NCBI GenBank assembly: GCA_001687465.1 | Contig: LVLI01000613.1 | Coordinates: 1-46,887 of the forward strand | Source: Halocafeteria seosinensis | Lineage: Eukaryota | Direction: 5' to 3' | DNA: 46,887 bases | Shown: positions 38,650-46,887 of the stretch, piece by piece | Position numbering within the stretch: the first letter of the stretch is position 1 | Layout: each line of letters starts with the position of its first letter | The notes under the pieces: generated by a model | The model's database searches: none | The model's input: only the letters and a program-made list of their open reading frames with translations | Told to the model about the DNA's origin: nothing | Made by a program: the position numbers and the translations under genes

Positions 38650-39400
38650 TCGCCGTGCATTCCACTGTGCGACCGGTGTGTCATGCGTGACGCGTCATGC
38701 ACATAAGCTGCAGAGTTGGTCACACCTTCCATATTGTTTATCTAACGATACTTGCCCACACTGCTTTGTATTGAATGGCTAAAGTCGTAATGTTTCTGAG
38801 AATACGAGGACTATGGCGTATGCAGCAGCTGCTTCGCGGCAGAGGGTTCAGCAGCGCCAGTCAGCCTTACAGCTTTGATATCAAGCACTTGGATGTTTTA
38901 TGTTGTCCCATTAGCAAGGTCCGTTGTAGCAGATAAGATAAGATTCCCAGCACTGTGCCTCACCTCGATTCTGTGTATGCTATCTTGCAGGGTAAATTAC
39001 GGCACGAGGACAGCACGAATGAACTAATCTCGGACCAGATAGGAGTGGCTTATCCCATTATTCGAGGTATACCACATCTGATACCACAGGATGCAAGAAT
39101 AATCAAGGACCCCGATGCTCTGGAAGCGGATATGAAGGGAAGAGAGGAGGATGGCTCGAAATGAGATCTACAAACAATGGATGGCGGCTTGGCTGCAGCC
39201 ACGCAAGAGATCATTGTCATACCATGGATAGTGTGTTGCATGACTATGTCTCTCTTCCCACTCGAGCGAAGGGAGACTAGCACTCCTCCTGATACTTGGG
39301 ATCGATTTAGGGGCACAAATGGGATGACGGCTATGCGTTCGTCATGAGCGGCAGAGTACCTCGATGGCGAGTCGATGCTGATGTCCTAGCCGGTAATGCA
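38650..39400. repeat. Right arm of the inner inverted repeat
   Basis: Reverse complement of 36700-37433, with small indels in the distal part. Confidence 0.95.
38790..39164 (+). CDS. PYURF: Trm112-like/UPF0434 mitochondrial protein (PYURF/preY-like), copy 2
   Basis: Exon 1 is 38790-38918, the intron is 38919-38990 and exon 2 is 38991-39164. It has four nucleotide differences from copy 1 in the CDS. Confidence 0.82.
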
Positions 39401-39480
39401 CTCGGTTGCCGATCACTTGCAGCGCTCACGGAGAAGCCAGTAAATGTCGCCGGGGGCTGGGCCCTACTGGCTGACTGGCT

Positions 39481-40465
39481 TACCGGAGTATTTGAGTTAG
39501 TAACTGCAGAATTGGTAAACTACGTAACTTCTCGTAAGCAAGCAAGCGTGTATTGTGTAACAAGACGGCTACACTAAGAGGCACACGCGAAACGACAGAA
39601 GCAACCTACGGGCAACAAGACGGCGAGGACACTAAGAGAGGCAAGCGAAACTACGTACGGTACAGAAGCCAAGGGGTACAAGCGCGATGCGCAGTGCGGC
39701 ATTGCCCACGCATTGCATCCTATTTACTCGAAAATCGAGCCCATCACAGCTCCAAATCTGTGCATCGCGCTCATCGCACCCCAATTTGGCACTCGAGAAC
39801 TTTTCTTTCCAGGTCTATAATAGCATGTTGAGAGCTCTCCGAAGTATCCCAAGTGTTTATCCGGCTTGCAGACATGCGTGAGTCACTGTCGAGACTGATA
39901 TGGAGCCTTAAAAAGTATTATATTGGGTGTCTTCCTCCATAAGACAGGCTCATCCTCAGCCTACCAAGAAGCAAATTCAAGGGATGCAGCAGTCTTCCAT
40001 CAAACTACTGCCCAAAAATGAAAAAGGATTTAAAGTGTTCGGCTTTCGCTTTTGCCTCCACTTCCCTTCCTTAGCTAGCGCATAAGGCTTCGCAGGTCCC
40101 TCGTAGAGATCTACCTCAGCGGCTCAGCCGCCCTCTTCTCTGTTTCATTTGAGTCGCTTTCACAGCTGCCTTAATCAGCTCCTCAAGTACATCAATATAT
40201 TCTATTCTTCAGCTCTAATGAAACACTGGACACACCTGTTACGTATCCCGCAGCCAGGTGTCACGCTGAAGTTCTCGTTCTTCCTACGTTGTAACCTTTT
40301 GCAAAACAGACTGCACCGGAATTTCGTCTGCCCTTTCGGTGACCTCAAACAGGGTAGGCTCATGCCTCGAGTGCCGTTTCCGGAGTATCAATCCGGGATA
40401 TCTTAATAGGAAGAGCCTGTTCGTAGTTTACAAATTCTGCAGCTAATAACTCAAGTACCCCGGTA
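39481..40465. mobile_element. Putative degenerate TIR element (Tc1/mariner-like, TA ends)
   Basis: 44-bp inverted repeats at 39481-39524 and 40422-40465 (39/44 identical) begin and end with TA. The interior has no long ORF. Confidence 0.45.
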
Positions 40466-40969
40466 GGAAACACATTTGTCGAGTTTGTTCGACCCTGGAT
40501 GCCCCTTAACTGAAAACAAGACAATCAATGTGCAAGATAACCGAGACAAACAGCGCTTCTTCATATTGGCTTGAAGCTGCTGCAAGAGTTAGGTGCTGTA
40601 TCACCGGGGCCTGCGCCCTATTGGATAACCAGATAGCTGGTACCAGGTGCATTGTATCATCTGCTTCTCAGCTACAGCAAGCCCACGAGCGAGAAGCATA
40701 TTTGACCCTGCTTTGTTAGCTTTTCTCGTCTTGAAGAAATTACTATTCACTCGCTCCCCAGGAGTCTATGCCACTATCGACAGGCACAGGCTCAGGAATC
40801 TCCATGCCGACCGACAGTCGTATGTCCTGGATTACATGACTTCTTGATCCACTCCAAGGGACGAGGTTCTCGTCGGAATGCGTCTACCACTACTGATAGT
40901 GACGGCTCATGTCTCGAGTGCCGTTTCCGGAGTATCAATCCATGATATCTTAATAGAAAGAGCCTGTTC
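40357..40969 (+). repeat. 66-bp dispersed direct repeat (40357-40422 and 40904-40969)
   Basis: GGCTCATG(C/T)CTCGAGTGCCGTTTCCGGAGTATCAATCC...AAGAGCCTGTTC, 62/66 identical. Confidence 0.9.
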
Positions 40970-41250
40970 ATGACCAGCAGGCTCCAACCCCGCACCGGAC
41001 CGGGCCGGCCGCCCGGTTGCTCCCAAACCAGTATATGAGTTCTATCGTGTTGTATGCCCGGTGTCGGCAATGTTGCATGTTTTCTAAGCAGAAAGGAAGC
41101 TTATAAAGAATTCTCCATAATTGTGAGAGTGTGTTACGATTGCAGCAAACCAGCAGTACAAGAGGCAAGAAATAGAGGAAACACTTCGAAGTAACATTTG
41201 TTGGATCTTTCCTTGAGGATACGCACCACACTGCGCATCATTGGTTGATA

Positions 41251-44200
41251 ATGAATATGAGTGAAGAAATCAACCCAACAGTTCTGGAAGAGACCGATGA
41301 AACGCCTGGTCCCGATTTGTCCACTGTGTGGGAAGAGCTAGCACCTGCGGTGAACGGTGCAAGCTTGCTGAATGCATTACAGTATGTCAAGAAAAAGGCT
41401 GCACGAATAAAGGGTAACGCCGGTCAAATGCACGAGGAGCAATGGAAGAAATGGCTTGCTGACAGAAAGCAAGGGAGAGTCCTTCAAGACAGAAGATATA
41501 TGACTCCAGCCGAGGAGCTAACGGGGTTGGTCCCTTCGCTGGAGCAAGGCATAGATGCAAAGTTAATTCTCGATAAAGTAGTGGATGAACTGCATTTTTG
41601 GGGCCAACAGCAAAGTAAGTGAAGTTGTATGGAATGAGACGTACCTTTCTGTTTGCCCTCATACACCCTCCTTTTTTGTGGTTTCTGCCCGACACACTTA
41701 CCTTTTTTGGTGGACGACGTCCTTCAAGTTGATCATGGTCGTTGTTTTACCGAAATCAGGCGTTGGGAGAGTGATCCAGCAATGATTTGTGGGTTTTTCT
41801 GGGTCTTCTTAAACGTGCTTGCTGCGTGGATGTTGCTACCAAGGGAGGCAAGTGGTATCGTGGATGGCGGCTTTCGATCATGCACACTTACCGTTCTTGT
41901 CGTTTGAAAGAGCGCGTTTGTTGTACCCCGAGCTTTTTTGGTGGACGGCCTTCGGGATGAGGTGGTAATGGTAACAGCATAGAAGGGAGGGATAGTGATC
42001 CAGCAACAGGAAGGGCGAGTGATTCACCCGATGTTATCCCTCCCTTAGTAGAGGAAGAACTTGAACATATTTCAAAGTATGCTAATCCGCCTGACTGGTT
42101 TTGTGAGTGTGCAGTTCGTTCGCGCAAGCGACAACGTGAGGACGACAGCAGTGACCAACCAAGTAAGCAAGAGATGGATTGATAATAGATGACGCATGAC
42201 GCGTCTAGGCAACCAGTCCTAATCGTACCATGCAGACAGAGGCTTCAGAATCCAAGAATATGTTCAGAGGTTTACGTCTCCGGATGTGGGAACCAACGTG
42301 GACTTTGTCGTAAATGCGATGACGAAGAGCGGGTTCTTAGGTCCCTCGGAGTCCAATCGCGATGACATAATCCGTCAATTTATAAAGCGCCCGTTGCCCA
42401 CCTATCGGAGCCAAAATGCCCTTCAGTTTGTTGATCATATCGGCTCCAAGACGATTAAATCAATCGAACAGGCACACGCTAATCTTTGGGCGCGAGACCA
42501 GAATGTGTACCGAGTCTTCGTAATGGAGCAGCCTAGTGGCATGGGCAAAACCCACTGTATGCACTTATTGGGCATGGGAGAGAAACCAGTGCTCGTCATA
42601 CTTTGCAACGTACTGCAGAAGGGTAGCACTACCGAAAAAGCGTTGCCATGGAGATCTGCCGATGCACTGTTTTCCAATTTGAACGCAATATTGGCTGCTA
42701 ACAGTGCAGAAGTAGTATGGCACTTGGTTTCACTAGCGGCTTATGCGTACTTGTTTCTCATTCAACTGTGCTACTTGGAATATGTGACGAGCTTTATCTC
42801 AAAGCTGGAAGAGTGGACTGAACGTCAAAGACGGCTTGCAGTACTTTTCTCCTTAGGCAACGGAATAGGTGAAACACAAGTTTTTGAAACTATGCGAAGC
42901 TTCATGTCGGAGCCTGGAAACATCGAGGCTCAAACTGTCGGGGGCTTATTGTTGGAATTTCCCAAGCACGACGTCATGAAGAAACGAGGGGAAGAGTGCT
43001 GTAACCAGATATTTAAATATCTCGGTTGTGAAGCACCAATCGTTTTTGCCTTCGATGAAGTTCAACTATTCAAGGATAAACACCGTGGAGTGTTCAAGTT
43101 TCACTCGGAAGCAAGTAACAGAAATGCAAGCCGCCCTGAGGATCGAGATCTTCCCGATGCTTTATATGCGATCAAGACCACGTGCGATAAATTCCAGGGG
43201 ATTTCACCGTCTATCTATTCGGTGTTGCTCGGTACACAGACTTCGTTCCGCCAACTTGACAGTGCGCTGACAAGTTCTAACCCTCCTCGGAAACCTCTTG
43301 CTTTAAATGCTCTGGATACCATGGATATGAACGATACTAGAAACCTTGTGACGCGTTATTTCCATTTTGACGATGTTTGGGAGGCTCTGCGGAAGGACAA
43401 CGACACGTTTCTCCAGCAGTTGGAAATGCTACAGGGAAGAGGTCTATGGACAAGTTATCTGCTATCATCCCTGAATTACTCTGTTTCTAATGCCAGAGAT
43501 TGCTCTAGAGACAAGAAGGAGGAAGTTTTGTTGGCGAGCGTCAACCACGCTTACCAGAGAGCAAGAACGCGTTTGTCTGAATTAGTCAACGAGGCATTCA
43601 AGTCGAACAAAGTTATCGATGAGGACGGAAAGTACCGCAAGAGCGGAGTGTTCACAGTATTCCTGCAGCTGCTGCTTGATCTCCCACCCACTCCAGTCTC
43701 TGCAGAGGTGCTGCAGAGCCTTGTCGCAACTAGTGTCGTCCCCGTTGACGGATCCAACCAGACAGCGTTAATTGATGTAGAACCGCTCGGTAAACACATA
43801 CTTTTTGAGGCGGGAAAAAATTTGCTACAGAAACACCCGGCACAATGGATGCCCCCATTGCAAAGGACTTCGCTGAAATTTGTTTCCGAAAACTTATACG
43901 TCCAGGCCGGCGGGCTTGGTGAGGATTCTGAACTTGTGATTGCCGGTTGGATACTACTGAGATCGCTGGCCTCGAGACAGGAGAAAATTTCCTTGTGGAA
44001 GCTCTTCGAGCCCATGTTGCATTACATCACGAAGATGGCGACAGGAGGTAACACTGATCAGGCGGAGCGTGCCAAAGAAAAACTGCAGCGAACGTTTGTG
44101 AAGCTTGAATTTGGTAAGAATTCCAATCGAGCAGCTATAGAGCCACTGGTCTTTGAAATGTACCATCTTATTGACAAAATCGAGGGTTACGGTCGCTCTG

Positions 44201-44751
44201 AATTCGAATACCGCTTTCGTACTCTCCTGGTATGTTTGTTGCATGTGACCGGACCTGACCTGTTGTGTCTTTGTACCACTCCCGAGGAAAAACCTGGTGT
44301 GGTGAGTTGTCAAGTAAAAGTTCGCCACGATTGCTCGTTTCGAGAGGCGGCGATGACGACAGATCCGAATCTGTTTTACTTGACCAACCACCAAAGGAAA
44401 GAGGCGATTAACCTGCACAAAATTACGGGCGCAATATCTGATAACCGGAGGGAATTGGATTATTTGAGGCAGAAGTTGGGAAATGAGGACCCGTTCAAAA
44501 GGACTTACCGCTTTGTATGCGGCCTAGGTTTCCAGCAGAAAACATTTGATACAGCTGTGAGTGTCCTGGTGGAGGAAAGCAATAGTGGCGACAGCTACTT
44601 CCCTCTCCTCCCTTTAGACCTTAGCGCCGTTTTTCCGGAAATTTTAGCAGCCAAGCAACGTTTGTCACCTCTCCCGATCAATGATATGGCACACATGAGC
44701 CCAAAATGTTCATTGTGGTGTGGTGTGGGGAACGTAGAGTATTCCCAGTAG
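41251..44751 (+). CDS. Crinkler/RHS-type (CR) protein: helical header + P-loop NTPase + PD-(D/E)xK restriction-endonuclease-like domain
   Basis: Walker A is MEQPSGMGKTH and Walker B is IVFAFDEVQ. The C-terminus has GEDSE, GPDLL, SCQVK and AMTTDPNLFY. Intron 42163-42235 joins an upstream exon in frame. The 41251-41614 exon ends at a same-phase GTAAGT donor; its link to the main ORF is inferred. Confidence 0.68.
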
Positions 44752-44885
44752 ATAATCTCAACGTGCAAAGGTTAAGGTTCGTGTGTGTGTGATATTCACT
44801 ATGCAGGATGTGTGTATGTGTTACAAGACTAGCAACATGGTGCTCCTAGCAGGGCGTACCGTCTATAATACATGTAGGCCACGGT

Positions 44886-45983
44886 CAGTGGTGGGGCTCG
44901 TGTCGAGCCGCTCGGCTCGCTCGGGGTCCGGAGGGGACGAGCGAGCGAGCCAAAATTTGCAAAATTGTGATATCAAAGTATCGATATTTCCTCCGGTTTG
45001 CAATACTTCCGATCCCCCATTTCTCCCTAGAGTGCAAGCGGCGAAGCACAGGGTTCTCGTGGAGAAAAGCAACTCGTGTCAATTAAGGACAATGATACGA
45101 GATGGCATTCAACCGAAGTGAGGCAGGGTACCTCGTTTATCTGAGAAGTCATGAAGGGTGTTGTCGCTACTGCTTAACCGGAGCATCTCGCGGTTCGAAG
45201 AAAATTGACGACGTCTTGACAATGCCGCTACGGAGCAGATTACACGGATTGAGCGAATCCTCGCTGAAATGAAGATCGTCACAAGAGAACTTGAGACTCA
45301 AGCGGCTTGCGCCGCCATTTACCGGCCGCTAGTGTATTTCCTGGCCGTATGCTATTTCAAATAGACTGTCAAATCTTATCTTGGAGAGTGGATCGGGAAG
45401 CAATGCATTTATGGCGCTGTTGCTACTTGTACCGTGGACCCTCGTTTTCTCAACCCCAAGGCGGCATTCGGCGAGGTAGAGGCAGAAGAAATAGACTACC
45501 TTATCAACTGGTTAGCAGCTCAGAATTCAGAGACAAGACTAAGACGACCATCAGGTCTCCATTCCAAACGGCCTCGCTGAAGAAGACCTTGAGGATAGTA
45601 CTCCCCAGACGAGGCACCAATATCCCTGTTCTCGACCTTAAAGAGTAACCTAGGATTTCAATGGGAAGTGAGCGTCTATATGACTTTTACACAGAACAAT
45701 ACTCTACCAACCCTCCAGTTCTGGCAAAAACGCGTAGCGTAGAGGTTGCCTGCTGGATTGAGCTGCAGCCTGCAGTGTCTGCACTGTACACACTACGGAG
45801 GCATATTCTGAGACACTACGATGCAGAGACTCTGCCAGAGAGTACTTAGAAAGCACTTGTGCGCTCCATTCTTTTATACAATATACATTACATTACAAAG
45901 AACAGTGTCTTCCGAAATTGGCTCACGCTCGGGTTGTCGCTGGTCGCTGGGGGGCCCCAGGGGGGGGTCGAGCCGAGCCACTG
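44886..45983 (+). mobile_element. Non-autonomous (internally deleted) hAT-superfamily DNA transposon, 1098 bp
   Basis: A perfect 8-bp TSD, GCCACGGT, sits at 44878-44885 and 45984-45991. The 15-bp imperfect TIRs are CAGTGGnnnGGCTCG, with GCTC/GAGC subterminal repeats. Transposase relics are DNDTRWHST (45088-45114) and EVSVYM...TLQFWQK (about 45665-45730). Confidence 0.88.
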
Positions 45984-46196
45984 GCCACGGTGCGCTGACA
46001 TGAAAATCAAGCAGACTGATTTACCTTCAAATATCCATGGACCAGTGCTGCTACAAAATCTAAAATGGCGGGCTCGGTTATTCTTGTTACTTGGTACCTG
46101 CCAGTAGTCAGCCGCTGCTGCTACAGGTCATATAAACCTATAGGAAAAATGGTGCATTCTTAAAAGTGTAATTAGAGTACTGAGGTACTACTGAGG

Positions 46197-46887
46197 TAGT
46201 TGAATTCTACTAAAGACGACAATCTTATCTGAGACTTGGTTTCCGAGTGACACCAGCACCTTCGGGCCATTATACACGAAGGTAAAGGATTGTATACAGG
46301 CGTTTTATTCGGGTAAGTACCTCACTATCACATATTGTTGCCATGGGTCGCTGTTATCCATAATTATGCGCTTTGACCGCGTAATAATGGCGGCAAATCT
46401 TGGGCGAAGCGTAGTGGAGGGGCGGCAGGGCAACACCACTATGCTTTTTGTAGTTTTTATAGAGGGGACGGGAAGGGGAGCTAGTGTCCCTTTTGCTCTT
46501 TTGTAGTTTTTTGGAGCTGTGTCTGAGGCTGTTCCCATATCAAAGCCGATATATGTCATACCAGCGCAATTTTTCATTTCATGTTTTGGTTGATTGTACA
46601 GATGGGATTACAGAGGATACCATTTGAGTGTTGAAATAGGTAGAAAACCTCAATAAAGAGCAAAATGTCGCATCGTAAATTCGAAGGTAAGCCTCAGAGG
46701 GCCAAGTGCTCAGCACCTTTCAGTGCTCTTTGTGTAACCTATACGGACCATTGAACGCCTTTTATCTTGCGTATATGTTCTTACAGCTCCTCGTCACGGT
46801 TCCCTCGGGTTCTTGCCGCGTAAGCGTACGCGCAAGCACCGTGGTAAGATCCGTTCTTTCCCCAAGGACGATCGCTCCAAGCAATGC
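46197..46887. repeat. Right arm of the outer inverted repeat (continues past the window end)
   Basis: Reverse complement of 35533-36223. Confidence 0.95.
46665..46887 (+). CDS. RPL3: 60S ribosomal protein L3, copy 2 (3'-truncated by the window end)
   Basis: Exon 1 (46665-46686) is MSHRKFE, the intron is 46687-46786, and exon 2 reads [34 protein letters not shown]. The visible coding sequence is identical to copy 1. Confidence 0.95.

Noticed and set aside
46687..46786. Intronic snoRNA in the RPL3 intron
   Set aside because: No box C/D or clear H/ACA hairpin pair is visible in the 100-nt intron.

Overview
Gene-dense nuclear DNA from a eukaryote with short GT-AG introns (about 45-130 nt). It looks like a heterotrophic protist, possibly a stramenopile, but the taxon is only an inference. 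Positions 1-35.8 kb hold tightly packed genes: NAK kinase, a fumarate reductase-cytochrome b5 reductase fusion, TM-type tRNase Z, Nup50-like nucleoporin, a Tgs-type cap methyltransferase with a SPOC-like N-terminus, a 50-aa Tom5-like gene the ORF track missed, DHX34, an EEF1AKMT4-like methyltransferase, a riboflavin synthase with a predicted C-terminal membrane anchor, two tandem C2-domain paralogues, an LRR protein, a secreted Ser/Thr-rich protein, ArgJ and RPL3. Positions 35.5-46.9 kb form a nested inverted-repeat island. Two near-identical RPL3 copies face outward around about 10 kb. That interval contains a second inverted repeat (two PYURF/Trm112-like genes around a HAD phosphatase), a possible Tc1/mariner-type relic, a Crinkler/RHS-type NTPase + PD-(D/E)xK nuclease gene, and a non-autonomous hAT transposon with a perfect 8-bp target-site duplication. 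Exon boundaries were inferred by eye from splice signals and reading-frame continuity; no database searches were run.
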